Below are positions 47,076 through 57,175 of a DNA stretch of 64,000 bases, piece by piece. Below the pieces are notes generated by a model. That model ran no database searches. It was not told the origin of the DNA and was given only the letters and a program-made list of their open reading frames with translations. Position 1 is the stretch's first letter; every line of letters starts with the position of its first letter. Origin of the DNA: a virus (lineage: Duplodnaviria; Caudoviricetes); IMG/VR virus record IMGVR_UViG_3300043364_000002, positions 1 to 64,000 of that record, one strand, 5' to 3'. The translations under genes were made by a program, and so were the position numbers.

Positions 47076-48353
47076 ATGCCAGCCTACAATCCAGGCGCAG
47101 GCAATGACGCCGTAAGTATCAAGTTCGGCGGACAAGAGTCGCGGATCTTCACCAGCTACACGGTCAGAAAATCCATTCTGACGCAACCTTCGCAATTCAC
47201 CGTGCGGTTAGGCCACGGTGAGATGACGCAGGCCGCCAGCGCGCGTGCCGCTGGATCGTCCACGCGGCCATCTTCCGCGGAGTCGTTCACGGACCAGCGT
47301 CGCGGCGAGACCGTCAACGAGATCCTGAAGAAGATCCCGCCGGAGACACCGTTTGAGCTCTACATCAACAACACGCTGCAGCAGACCGGTACCACCGATG
47401 GCTACCGCGCCAACGGGTTCGCTACCGAGGTCGAGATCTTCGGCCGCGACAACCTCAAGTTCATCCACGATCCGTACCTGACGGCCGACATCGCGTTCGC
47501 GAACGACACCTACACGTCGCTGACCGAAAAGGTCATCAAGCTCCTCAGCATCAACCAGCGACTTTCGACGTCTGATGAGGCCAACCTCAAGCTGACGACG
47601 GGCGTTGGCATTCAGGACTACGTCAATCCGGTCACGGTCGACGAGATCGAACCGTTCACCGATTCGGTCGCTGGTACGCCAGGAAACAAGCAGGTCAAGC
47701 GTTCGATCACGGCCAAGCTCGGAGAAACGTACATGGCGTTTTTGCAGCGCCAATACCGTCGAGCGGGGATCTTTCTGTGGGCCGCTGGCGACGGCTCGTA
47801 CGTTCTGTCAGAACCAGCGTTCGACCAGAGTCCGACGTATCGTCTCTTCCGCAAGCGCGGGACCGTACGCAACGCCGTCAACATCACGGCCCACGACTTC
47901 AAGCACGACACGACGCGTCGTTACACGATTGCCGCCGTCTATGGGCGTGGAGGGCGTGGGAAGTTTGGCCGCGCGAAGGTAGCTGGAGCGTTCGTTGACG
48001 AGTACATGGTCAACCTGCTTGGCAATCAAGACAAGCGGCCGATCACATTCCGCGACGTCAACGTCACGACGACGCAGCAGGCCGAATTCTACGCGCGGCG
48101 TAAGCTCGCTGAGTTGAACCGGTCCGCCTACCATTTGCAGTACACGGTGCCTGGGCACGTAGCTCCGAACATCCGCACTGGACTCGATTCGACATGGGCG
48201 CCCAACACCGTAGTTGAAGTGCAGGACGATGAGCTTGGGTTTCACCGCACTTTCTACCTCGAAGAGGTCGTGTTCAGCCGCCCGCCTACGCAGACGACGC
48301 TGACGCTCATACCAGAGGAATTCATGATCTTCGCGAGCGACGAGGGCGACTGA
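47076..48353 (+). CDS. Baseplate hub (Mu gpP/gp44-like)
   Basis: FTSY.V, GRD, YTVPGH....W.PNT.V.V.D. Confidence 0.85.
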   Translation: MPAYNPGAGNDAVSIKFGGQESRIFTSYTVRKSILTQPSQFTVRLGHGEMTQAASARAAGSSTRPSSAESFTDQRRGETVNEILKKIPPETPFELYINNTLQQTGTTDGYRANGFATEVEIFGRDNLKFIHDPYLTADIAFANDTYTSLTEKVIKLLSINQRLSTSDEANLKLTTGVGIQDYVNPVTVDEIEPFTDSVAGTPGNKQVKRSITAKLGETYMAFLQRQYRRAGIFLWAAGDGSYVLSEPAFDQSPTYRLFRKRGTVRNAVNITAHDFKHDTTRRYTIAAVYGRGGRGKFGRAKVAGAFVDEYMVNLLGNQDKRPITFRDVNVTTTQQAEFYARRKLAELNRSAYHLQYTVPGHVAPNIRTGLDSTWAPNTVVEVQDDELGFHRTFYLEEVVFSRPPTQTTLTLIPEEFMIFASDEGD

Positions 48354-49192
48354 TGCCTGGTTTTGACTGGGACCTAGGGACCGCCGTCTCCAGCGAATAC
48401 GACGCAGATGGTTTCCTGTATGTGGCCTTTGACAGCTATGGCGAGAAGAATTCCGGCGTTCCACCGGCCGAGCTGCATTCGGCCTATGGGTTTCTATCCC
48501 GTTCGCTCGATCCAGACGTCGACCCAGAGGGCAATCCGACTCTAGGTTGCAATCTGTGGCGGGCGTTCGAGGGGAACGTGCCGCACTCTCTATTCGCGCA
48601 AGATCCGCGCGTGATGTTGAAGTTGCCTCAGCTCAAAAAAGGCGAGGCGATGTTTCACGGTGCCGCAAGCAACTTCATCCGCTGCAAGGAAGATGGCAGC
48701 GTCGTCACGATGGCGACGTCCGACGGCACCTCGACCGGGCAGACCATCTTTCATCGCATCGGCCCAACCGACGACATGATCTTCGCCCCGTGGGGCAAGC
48801 GAACATTTGACGCCAACGGATATCATCTTTTCACGCGTAGCGGCGCGCGCCTCGACATGGGCGGCATTGGAGGTTTGCCGTCTCCGCTGAGTTCACTCGG
48901 CTCATACGCGACGCTTTCGGCGAAGATCCTAAGGCTCGATGGGACGATTGTAGCGATTGGGCCTTCTGGCGCACCGGCGGACGCCGTTGCCAAGGCTACG
49001 CCTGTATTGACGGCGCTCGCGGCGCTCAACTCTGTACTCGCGGCGCTAGTGACGCCAGGGGCTTACGTTTCTGCGGCACCAGGCTCTCCGGCTGTACCGG
49101 GGCCAGGTCTTATTGCCGCCGTCGCTGCTGCGGAGGCAACGCTTGCAGCGGCCCCCGGGCTAGTCCCATCCAATAGCGCGACGGTGACCTGA
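48353..49192 (+). CDS. Baseplate central spike (Mu gp45-like)
   Basis: YGF.SR, D.R....LKKGEAM. Confidence 0.7.
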   Translation: MPGFDWDLGTAVSSEYDADGFLYVAFDSYGEKNSGVPPAELHSAYGFLSRSLDPDVDPEGNPTLGCNLWRAFEGNVPHSLFAQDPRVMLKLPQLKKGEAMFHGAASNFIRCKEDGSVVTMATSDGTSTGQTIFHRIGPTDDMIFAPWGKRTFDANGYHLFTRSGARLDMGGIGGLPSPLSSLGSYATLSAKILRLDGTIVAIGPSGAPADAVAKATPVLTALAALNSVLAALVTPGAYVSAAPGSPAVPGPGLIAAVAAAEATLAAAPGLVPSNSATVT

Positions 49193-49470
49193 TGCCGTGC
49201 GTATCGGCGCCCATCCCGCCGCTACCGCCTAGCCCATTCCCTTTCTCTGTGCCGGCATTCCCGGCGCCTCCGGTTCCTTCGCAGCCGCAGCTCTGCTGCC
49301 AGATGCCGGACATCGCGCAGATGATTCTCGATGCCTTACCGCCCTTCCCGTTCCCGCCAGGAACGATCAATCCAGCAGTCGTGGCCGTAGTAGTCACGAC
49401 CATGCAAGAGGGGCTGACGGCCGTGCAGGTGTACCTGGACGGTCTGATCCCGGAGTGTCCAAAGGAATGA
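49192..49470 (+). CDS. Pro-rich small Cys protein after spike
   Basis: MPC...polyproline...CC...CP; TGATG coupling. Confidence 0.6.
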   Translation: MPCVSAPIPPLPPSPFPFSVPAFPAPPVPSQPQLCCQMPDIAQMILDALPPFPFPPGTINPAVVAVVVTTMQEGLTAVQVYLDGLIPECPKE

Positions 49471-49471
49471 A

Positions 49472-49936
49472 ATGACCACAGGCGCTGGCGCATTCGGCGC
49501 AGGACTCGGCTCCGGCGGCTTCGACCCCGTTCTCGACGCGAGCAACAGCAACGCGTCCACGCCTCCTTCCGCGCTCCTCTTCGACCCCAACACGCGCGAC
49601 TTCCGCCTCGGCGCCGATGGGCGGTTCGTTGCCGTCCACCCCGTTGACCAATGGGTGGCGCTGCAGCTCTGGCTTCGCAAAGGCTCCGTCGGTAGCGCGC
49701 CTGGCGCCGGATGCGATCTGCGCAACCTATCGCGGCAAGGCGGACAAGGCTACGTCGCCAAAATCCAGGACATGTGCCGCCATTCGCTGCGCGCCATGAT
49801 CGACAACGGCTCCATCCGCGTCATCAGCATCGCCGTGCAGACGCCGAGTCGCGGGCAAACCTTCGTGCAGGTCACCTACGTGAATCTCAAACTCGCAAGC
49901 CCGCAGACGCCGCAAACCGCTGGGGCATTCCTATAG
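49472..49936 (+). CDS. Baseplate wedge/sheath initiator (gp46/gp25-like)
   Basis: V.L.L...KGS......G..L; L..MI..G; position. Confidence 0.7.
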   Translation: MTTGAGAFGAGLGSGGFDPVLDASNSNASTPPSALLFDPNTRDFRLGADGRFVAVHPVDQWVALQLWLRKGSVGSAPGAGCDLRNLSRQGGQGYVAKIQDMCRHSLRAMIDNGSIRVISIAVQTPSRGQTFVQVTYVNLKLASPQTPQTAGAFL

Positions 49937-49939
49937 CCC

Positions 49940-50521
49940 ATGGCTAATCTTCGATGCATTCAGGGCGCTACGACGGTGAACGGATCGGCCGCCAACTCTA
50001 CGACGCAAGTCGGTCTCATGATCGACCAGATCGTGACGTCGAGTATCCAGGGCGTCACGCCTAGCTCGTACCTGTGGGCGCTGGCTGTGCCGGCGCTCAG
50101 CGAAGGCGTGGAACTCTCGGCCGTCGACGACGTGGCGCCGACGTGGACGCCTGATGTTGCGGGCGATTACCTTCTCACGCTGAACGGTACCTACACGCTG
50201 CCGCTCAACGTTGGCACGACGGAGCCGAACGTCTACGGTGGGCCCGTCGTGCCTGCATTCTTGCTCGCGGCGCAGGCGCCCGTGCCGGCGCAGGGCGTTG
50301 GCATCATCTCGGACTCGGCCAACGCTGGGTCGTTACTGACGACCGACGCGGCAGGCAACCAAGCGCCTGTCGCGATCGTGCGATCGGGGACGACTGGCGC
50401 TCGGCCGACATCGCCGGCCATTGGGCTCTACGTCGGTTTTCAGTACTGGGACTCGACGCTATCGAAGCCAGTCTATTGGAACGGGACCGTCTGGAAAGAC
50501 GCAACGGGGGCCACCGTTTAG
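49940..50521 (+). CDS. Virion protein with PKD/Ig-like domain and phage fibre C-terminal motif
   Basis: SYLWAL..P....PTWTPDVAGDYLLTL; GTTGARP...G.QYWDSTLSKPVYWNGTVWKDATG. Confidence 0.65.
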   Translation: MANLRCIQGATTVNGSAANSTTQVGLMIDQIVTSSIQGVTPSSYLWALAVPALSEGVELSAVDDVAPTWTPDVAGDYLLTLNGTYTLPLNVGTTEPNVYGGPVVPAFLLAAQAPVPAQGVGIISDSANAGSLLTTDAAGNQAPVAIVRSGTTGARPTSPAIGLYVGFQYWDSTLSKPVYWNGTVWKDATGATV

Positions 50522-52030
50522 ATGCCGATCACTGGGTCGCCTGGCACGCTCATCATCCCGTCACGCGATGAGACGCGGGAGCTCTACCTAAGAAGCTTCC
50601 GCGTCCGTAACCCGTCCGCGCTGACGACCGAAAACACGTTTCCATGGATCGACGCCTCGTGTCAGGCCGATCTGATGCAGGTGCTTTACCGCGACGCTGT
50701 CGTGACGAATGCCGGCATCCTGTTGTCAACGGCAACAGGCGCCGCGGTCGATCAGCGCCTAGCCGACCTTGGACTTTCGCGCCTTTCGTCCGTTGGATCG
50801 TCTGGCTACGTGTTTTGCGATGCCTCCGTTGGCGGAACAACCATCTTCCAGGGCGACGAGCTCAAGCAGCTCAGCACGGGCCTTCGGTTTCAGTGCAGCG
50901 TAACGGCTCTCTATCTCGACGGCGACGAGATTCCGATCGCCGGCATCGACATCGGCGAGCAGACGAACGTTGACGGCGGTACCATTCTCACGTGGTCGGC
51001 TCCGCGACCCGGCTGCGGGTCGACCGCTACCGTCGTTACACAGGCTGATGGCGAATCAGGTCTGACGGGCGGCCACGGCATCGAGGGCGACGACGACGCC
51101 ATCAAGCGCGCGATCTCGATCCGCGCCAACCCGCCAGCGAGCGGAAACGACGCCGAGTACCAGGCCGACGTAGCCGACACGCCCGCGATCGCGATCCAGC
51201 AAGCCTTCACGTACCCGTGTATCCGCGGCCCGGGGACGATGGGCGTCTGTTTCACCATCCGCAACACGACTCCCGGCGCGAGCCGCATCCCGAACGGGGC
51301 GCAGATCTCGTCAGCGCTCGCCAACCTCGTCGGGCAAATGCCCGCCGACGATCAGATCTTCATCGGCATCATCTCGGCGATCAATCTCGACATCGTTTTC
51401 AAGGTGACGTGGGCGGTGGGGTCGCCTTCGTGGACCGACGCGGCGCCATGGCCGGCGTACTACGCGCCCGCCGGGCAGGCGATCATCGTGCAGGCCGCGA
51501 CGGACGCGACCAACTTCATCCTCAAGTGTCAAAACAACGTCTACACGGCCGTTGCGCAGCCTGCGGTGGGGCAAACTTTCGGGTTTTATGACGGTCCCGC
51601 GCGCGTGTTCCGGCGCAAGAAGGTCCTGTCGTTCACCGGAACGGGGCCGTGGACGATCGTCTGCGACACGGCCAATGCTGCTAGCGACACAAGCTACGTG
51701 CCGATCGTGGGGCAGCGCGCGTCGCCGTGGTCCGACTCTCTCGACAATATACCGCCGGCCGTCGTCAGCTATTGCGATGGTCTTGGACCTGGCGAACAGG
51801 TGGCATCTTTTTTCGACGCCGGACTTCGAATGCGGCGCAGCCCAGTGTCGCCAGGCAGCTACCCGCATCAAATCAGCAACCGCATCGTGACACCAGTGCT
51901 TGACCTGGACGCCATCCAGGATGCCGAGCTCATTGAGCCAACGGTCCCGCACAGCACCACGGTCGGAACGCCAGGCGTCAACTCCTACATGCAAGTCCTT
52001 CGCTACCTCGACGTGTTCCCGCAGCCATGA
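50522..52030 (+). CDS. Baseplate J-like protein (Mu gp47)
   Basis: TATG..VD....GLSR, G...N..GG, LTGG...E.D, PPASGN.AEY, YP..RGPGT. Confidence 0.9.
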   Translation: MPITGSPGTLIIPSRDETRELYLRSFRVRNPSALTTENTFPWIDASCQADLMQVLYRDAVVTNAGILLSTATGAAVDQRLADLGLSRLSSVGSSGYVFCDASVGGTTIFQGDELKQLSTGLRFQCSVTALYLDGDEIPIAGIDIGEQTNVDGGTILTWSAPRPGCGSTATVVTQADGESGLTGGHGIEGDDDAIKRAISIRANPPASGNDAEYQADVADTPAIAIQQAFTYPCIRGPGTMGVCFTIRNTTPGASRIPNGAQISSALANLVGQMPADDQIFIGIISAINLDIVFKVTWAVGSPSWTDAAPWPAYYAPAGQAIIVQAATDATNFILKCQNNVYTAVAQPAVGQTFGFYDGPARVFRRKKVLSFTGTGPWTIVCDTANAASDTSYVPIVGQRASPWSDSLDNIPPAVVSYCDGLGPGEQVASFFDAGLRMRRSPVSPGSYPHQISNRIVTPVLDLDAIQDAELIEPTVPHSTTVGTPGVNSYMQVLRYLDVFPQP

Positions 52031-52515
52031 CGATACCTACCGTATCCGCCTTCGAGATTGTCGGTGCTCCGCGCCGGCCAGGGCTCGCCGACGTCGGCGG
52101 CGCAGCATTCATCGATGACGCCACGGATCCGCCCGATCCGCAGACGATGCCGTCGGCTGCGATGGAGAACCAGAACGAGTTTCTGGCCGTTGCCTTCGGC
52201 ATGATGATTCCGGTGGCGCGGTTTACCGTGACATGGAACGGCGCCGCCTACGTGCTCACGTCGTACCAGTGCGTCAGCACGCTCGTCAGCACGGGCACGT
52301 TCACGGTCACGCGCAATTCGGTCGGCAACATCTCGATCACGTGGGCAGCCAATACGCTTCCGGCGTCGGCTGGGCAGCCAACAACCTCGTTTACACTCGC
52401 GGCGCTACTCAACAATGCGACGATCGGGTCGAGGAACATCACGAACGGCGTGCAGACATTTATCACTGCCGGCGGCGCAGGATCCGACCAAAGCTACACG
52501 GTCGAGGTGCACTGA
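52027..52515 (+). CDS. Baseplate/fibre-associated protein
   Basis: Position; beta-rich C-terminus. Confidence 0.55.
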   Translation: MTIPTVSAFEIVGAPRRPGLADVGGAAFIDDATDPPDPQTMPSAAMENQNEFLAVAFGMMIPVARFTVTWNGAAYVLTSYQCVSTLVSTGTFTVTRNSVGNISITWAANTLPASAGQPTTSFTLAALLNNATIGSRNITNGVQTFITAGGAGSDQSYTVEVH

Positions 52516-52516
52516 G

Positions 52517-53488
52517 GTGCCGAAATACAGCTCGTTCACGCCGTTCGGCGCGCTCACATTCAGCTCGAAGCCGTCGCGCGTGCAGACGATCTACGAAGCG
52601 AACAAGGCGAATCTCAATCCGAAGGACAACGAGAACTTCGACCTCTCGCCCGGGACCAACGTCGAGTCGATGATCTACGCGCGGTCCCGCGTGCAGGCGG
52701 CGGCCAGGTATGCGCTCGAACGAGCGTACAACAACGCGAACCCGCTGAAGGCGACCGAAACGCTGCCGGTGCTCGAGAAGGAATACGGTCTCGTTCCGGC
52801 GCCGACCGATAGGCTTTCGCAGCGCCGAGCTGCTCTTGCGGCTCGCATGCTCCTTCCTGGCGGCGCCATCTATACGAACGTCACGAACGCCCTCTTGACG
52901 CTTCTCGGCACAGATTTCAAGTACTACCGCGTCACGAAAGCGGTAGAGGCGATCAACTTTCCGACCATTGGCGGCGATTCACCGGGCAACTTTGCCTCCG
53001 CGCAGACCGTCATCAAGAACTACCTCGTCACCAGCACGGTATCTGTAGGACTCGGCTCGCCTCAGGTCGTCAACTACGTCCCGTTCAACACGGCAACCGC
53101 CATATCGCTTCTCAACGGCGACACGCTGGTCGTGTACCCGGAAAACATCGACCTCGCCGAGCGCGTCGTCGTCTCAAACGTGACGAGCTCAACGTTTCTC
53201 GCCACGTTCAACAACGCGCACGATCCAAACGTCATCGCGACCACGCAACCGTTTCCATACTGGGTCTCGTCGCAACGCTTCTCGCTCGTTATCGTCACGC
53301 GTGCGTGCGCGGAGAACTTCGACAAGAGACGCCAGATCAACGAGCTCATGGCGCGCATCGCGCGCGGCGTGAGCTCTTGGGCCATCGTGCCCGACCTTGA
53401 CGGCTCGCACACGGCGCCATTCACGGTAGAAGACCCCATCTATGGGCGCGTCGGGTACGCCGGTATCACTTCGGTTGCGTACCCTTAA
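52517..53488 (+). CDS. Baseplate wedge protein (Mu gp48-like)
   Basis: P..ATETLP.LEKEYGL......L.QRR.AL.A. Confidence 0.75.
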   Translation: MPKYSSFTPFGALTFSSKPSRVQTIYEANKANLNPKDNENFDLSPGTNVESMIYARSRVQAAARYALERAYNNANPLKATETLPVLEKEYGLVPAPTDRLSQRRAALAARMLLPGGAIYTNVTNALLTLLGTDFKYYRVTKAVEAINFPTIGGDSPGNFASAQTVIKNYLVTSTVSVGLGSPQVVNYVPFNTATAISLLNGDTLVVYPENIDLAERVVVSNVTSSTFLATFNNAHDPNVIATTQPFPYWVSSQRFSLVIVTRACAENFDKRRQINELMARIARGVSSWAIVPDLDGSHTAPFTVEDPIYGRVGYAGITSVAYP

Positions 53489-53497
53489 GGATAAATT

Positions 53498-54418
53498 TTG
53501 GCGCATAACGCGAGAATTCACACAGCCGTAACGGGTTGGCCGCCCGGCTACGTCGTCACGCAAGCCGACTGGCTTACGATCGACACGCTCCTATTTCAAG
53601 CCGCAAACTTCGATCTCGGCGGCACGTGGGCGCCCGCATCCGTCATTACGATTGGCGGCGCAGGCGTGGTCCTCACGGCCAAGACGACGTTCGACGGTGA
53701 CACCGAGTTCAACGCGCAGAACCAGTTCGACGACATCGTCGTATTCAGCGGAACGAGCTTCGTCACTGCCTCAGGCAACGTTGTGTGCGATGCAGCTTCG
53801 ACGGTTGAATTCCAGAGTGGGTTTACCGTATCGACAGGCGACATCGTCGTCACGGCCGGCGACGTCACCGTCACTGCTGGTAGCGTTGCCATCACAGCTG
53901 GCGGGCTCACAGTTGGCGGCGCGACCATCGTGCAAGGATTCACTGCGCTTGGCGCAACGTCGCTCGCTGCGGCGACAGCCGTGTCACTCGGCGTCGCCAG
54001 CGTGATCGTGCTCGACGCGACGACGCTGAGCACGACGAGCGCCGTTACGGCGGCGTTCGCTGGACCTGTAAACGTCAGCAACACGCTGACGATGGCGAGC
54101 GCGGCGATCACGTTTTCCGGCACGGGCCGCATATTGCAGCGCTTTCATACGCTGCCTGACGCTGACGCGACGGTCACAATTGCTGATGGAAACTATTTCA
54201 TCATCCCCGCGCTCGGCGCGCTGCGCACCTATACGATGTCGACGACGGGAGCACTGGCCGGCGACATCGTTACATTTTCGGCATACGCCAACACTGGCGC
54301 AAACGCCGGCTTCGTTGGCGCGTGGGGCCTGGTCAATACAACCGGGCAAGTTGCTGAAGCCTCGTTCTATTTTAGCGGCGGATCGTGGCTCACTTTGAGC
54401 ACGTCGCTAATTTCCTAA
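53498..54418 (+). CDS. Tail fibre protein
   Basis: Thr/Gly/Ala/Val beta repeats (VTAGDVTVTAG); GGTWAP; follows baseplate. Confidence 0.7.
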   Translation: MAHNARIHTAVTGWPPGYVVTQADWLTIDTLLFQAANFDLGGTWAPASVITIGGAGVVLTAKTTFDGDTEFNAQNQFDDIVVFSGTSFVTASGNVVCDAASTVEFQSGFTVSTGDIVVTAGDVTVTAGSVAITAGGLTVGGATIVQGFTALGATSLAAATAVSLGVASVIVLDATTLSTTSAVTAAFAGPVNVSNTLTMASAAITFSGTGRILQRFHTLPDADATVTIADGNYFIIPALGALRTYTMSTTGALAGDIVTFSAYANTGANAGFVGAWGLVNTTGQVAEASFYFSGGSWLTLSTSLIS

Positions 54419-54990
54419 TGGGCACAACAGAACGTGTTGCTTGGAAACCCTGGGCCATCAACACCGTTGAGCGGACCGATTGCTCGGTGACACTCTGCTG
54501 GGATTGCGGTTGCGGCGAGGCAACTCATCGCGAGTGGACGCATGTACCGCTTAGAGCACGGGTCATCGTATTGCGGCGCTCGTCCGCAATCGCAAGCGCC
54601 GCCGTTGCATGATGCGAACTCGCACCCGCAGCTGATAGCGCCGCCGCAGTAGTCATCCAGCATCCCGCAGAGCTGCGCCCCGCCATCTGCCTCCGGCGCC
54701 GGGCACGTCGTCCTACCAGTGCAGCTGCCGCCAGCGCCTGATCCTGAAGCGCCGCCGGTGCCGGCTTGGCCAGCGCCCGCGCTACCGCCGCTCCCTGAAC
54801 TGCCGCCGCACTGGCAGGCCTCGTAGCCCGTCCCGTCGTCACGGCACGCCTGAGCGCCCTTCACGCCGCCTGGGCAGGCACATTCGACCGTCACGCCGGC
54901 CACGCAGATCTTCGATCCGAAGACATCTTTCGTATCGGCGCTTCCGCACGCGACCGCGCAAAGCGCAAGCAAGATTCCCCACCGCAGCAT
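54415..54990 (-). CDS. Cys-rich myxobacterial-type lipoprotein
   Basis: MLRWGILLALCAVAC lipobox; C..G....CACPGG..GAQ.C..DG..Y..C.C; Gly/Ser linker; CG..DD.CGG...CG. Confidence 0.8.
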   Translation of the reverse strand: MLRWGILLALCAVACGSADTKDVFGSKICVAGVTVECACPGGVKGAQACRDDGTGYEACQCGGSSGSGGSAGAGQAGTGGASGSGAGGSCTGRTTCPAPEADGGAQLCGMLDDYCGGAISCGCEFASCNGGACDCGRAPQYDDPCSKRYMRPLAMSCLAATAIPAECHRAIGPLNGVDGPGFPSNTFCCAH

Positions 54991-54992
54991 CG

Positions 54993-55205
54993 TTAGCTCC
55001 CCTCGCGAACGGTCTCGCCGCTCGCGTCCAGCGTCACCTTGACCCGCTGGTCCATCAGCGCGCTCGCGCCGCGGTTCGCCAGGTAGGCGTCAATCAAAAC
55101 CTGCAGCGCATCGGCGGGGACCGTCAGGCCGTAGCCCGCATTCTGGCCCCACGCGTTGTGCGCCCATTCGGAGGCCGTACACGGCCCTTTTGGCAAAACA
55201 TTCAT
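54993..55205 (-). CDS. Small hypothetical protein co-oriented with lipoprotein
   Basis: 70 aa; its 3' end supplies GAGGGGAG RBS for the lipoprotein. Confidence 0.55.
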   Translation of the reverse strand: MNVLPKGPCTASEWAHNAWGQNAGYGLTVPADALQVLIDAYLANRGASALMDQRVKVTLDASGETVREGS

Positions 55206-55249
55206 GCCCCAAAACGTAACAACCCTGTCCCGAACGGACAACTGAGCGG

Positions 55250-57175
55250 ATGCCTAGCGTTCCCTACGCGCGCCTGCTCGTCTCCGTCAATGGCGGCGCG
55301 TACCAAACGGGCAAGATTTCGCCTGCTTACGGCGACTCGATCCAGCTTGTCGGCGAAGTTACGGCCGGCTGGGAGCACCAGATTTGGGAAATTGTCTATT
55401 ATCCGGACACTTGGGGCACGCCAGCCGGTTGGACGCTCGATGCGACGACCGGGTTTATCTACTCAACAGCTGTTCAGCCTCCGGCCTTTACGCTTCCGGC
55501 AAGCACGCTTTGGGGCAAGTGGGAGCTCCGCCTACGCATCAACGATGCGATCACGAACGACCATGCGGAAACGCGCTTTACCGACTTCGCGTCCGGCCTG
55601 TCAATTGAGTCGTCGCACACCCTCCGCGATTTAGGCTCCTACGAGTCGAACCAGTACGACAAGGACTGGGCGCGCGACCACCAGCACAACCTACGCGCCC
55701 TCGATTCTGGGATGACGGGCGGCGGTGGGCCGCCGACTGGCGCGGCCGGCGGCGATCTCGGCGGCAACTACCCGAACCCCAACGTTCTCAAGATCCACGG
55801 CGCCACGGTGCCGGCTGCCGGCGGGCTGACGACCGGCAACGGGCTCTACGTCTCCGGCGCATCGGCGCTTACCTACTCGGCGCTGAACCTCGCCGGCGGC
55901 GTCAACTGGGTAGTCAACCGGCTGCCCATCGTTAGCCTCGCGTTCGGCGCCGCGAATACGGTACTGACGACGAACGCGGCGGCGAACGACACCGTCTATC
56001 GGCTGGTCGTCGACGCCAACATCGACCCAGCGGCCGCCATTGCGGTTTCCAAGCTCGCTCCCGGCTCGAACGGGCAATCGCTCGTTACCACTGGTGGCGT
56101 GGCCGTTTGGGGCACGGCGACCGTCGGCACCGGCGGCGTAACGCCTGGCACCAACCGTCAGATCTTCGTCACGAACGCCACCCCAGTTTCGGCATGGGCG
56201 ACCGTCTCCGGCGACGTCAGCGTGCCGACGACGGCCGGCGTCTTCCGCGTCGACAAGATCAACGGCACCGCGGTAACGACCGCTGGCGGAGCTCTCGCTG
56301 TCGGCGGCGTCCTCCGCGTCACCGGCGTCGCTGCCTCCGACTGGGGCCCGCTCGACCTCGCCGACTCCGATGCGGTGACGGGCCTTCTCGCCGTCACGCA
56401 CATCGCGCCAGGCACCAACGGGCAGTTTCTGGGCACCGTCGGCGGCGTAGCGACGTGGACCGCGGTCACGATTGGCTCGATCACGCCAGGCGCCGCGAAC
56501 ACCGTCCTGACGACCAACGGCGCTGGCAGCGCGACCGCGTGGGCGTTCATCGTCAACGCGAACGTCGACGCAGCGGCGGCCGTCGCGGTAACGAAGCTCG
56601 CCCCCGGCGCTACCAACACCGTCCTCATCACGGACGGTACCGGCGCCATCGTTTGGAGCACCGGCGTACCGGGCGGCTCCGTCATTCTCGCGGGCGACGT
56701 GACGGGGCCGAACAGCTCCAACGTCGTCGGACGAATCAACGGCGCGACCGTCCCCATCTCGGGCGCGCTCGTCACGGGCAACGGTCTCTACGTGACGGGC
56801 GCTTCGGCGCTCACGTACAGCGCCCTTAACCTAGGCGGCGGCGCCGGGTACGTCAGTGGCTTCCTTCCGCTTACGAACATCGCCCAAGGCGGCGCCGTCC
56901 TCAACGACGTCATGCGGTGGAACGGGACCGTGTGGGACCCGGAGCCGATTGGCAACTTGCTGCCGCCGAGTGCGACCACCGTGCAGATCGTGGCCGACAT
57001 GCCGGCGCTTGAGGCGCTGGCCGTAACAGCGCTCACCGATGGCATCATGGCAATCGTTCAAACCCCTTGGGGTCTCTACCGTTTGAACAAGACAGGTACG
57101 CCGGCCGCAACTGGTGACATGCACATTCCGCCCGCCAACGCCGCTGGGCGCTGGGAAAACTTGATGGCTGCCTAA
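55250..57175 (+). CDS. Repetitive tail fibre protein
   Basis: Repeats GDLGGNYPNPNV / GDVTGPNSSNVV, TGNGLYV.GASALTYSALNL x2, KLAPG/TPG.N units. Confidence 0.8.
   Translation: MPSVPYARLLVSVNGGAYQTGKISPAYGDSIQLVGEVTAGWEHQIWEIVYYPDTWGTPAGWTLDATTGFIYSTAVQPPAFTLPASTLWGKWELRLRINDAITNDHAETRFTDFASGLSIESSHTLRDLGSYESNQYDKDWARDHQHNLRALDSGMTGGGGPPTGAAGGDLGGNYPNPNVLKIHGATVPAAGGLTTGNGLYVSGASALTYSALNLAGGVNWVVNRLPIVSLAFGAANTVLTTNAAANDTVYRLVVDANIDPAAAIAVSKLAPGSNGQSLVTTGGVAVWGTATVGTGGVTPGTNRQIFVTNATPVSAWATVSGDVSVPTTAGVFRVDKINGTAVTTAGGALAVGGVLRVTGVAASDWGPLDLADSDAVTGLLAVTHIAPGTNGQFLGTVGGVATWTAVTIGSITPGAANTVLTTNGAGSATAWAFIVNANVDAAAAVAVTKLAPGATNTVLITDGTGAIVWSTGVPGGSVILAGDVTGPNSSNVVGRINGATVPISGALVTGNGLYVTGASALTYSALNLGGGAGYVSGFLPLTNIAQGGAVLNDVMRWNGTVWDPEPIGNLLPPSATTVQIVADMPALEALAVTALTDGIMAIVQTPWGLYRLNKTGTPAATGDMHIPPANAAGRWENLMAA

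Noticed and set aside
40427-53488. Tailocin or extracellular contractile injection system
   Set aside because: Terminase, portal, protease and capsid genes are present and co-linear, so this is a phage tail
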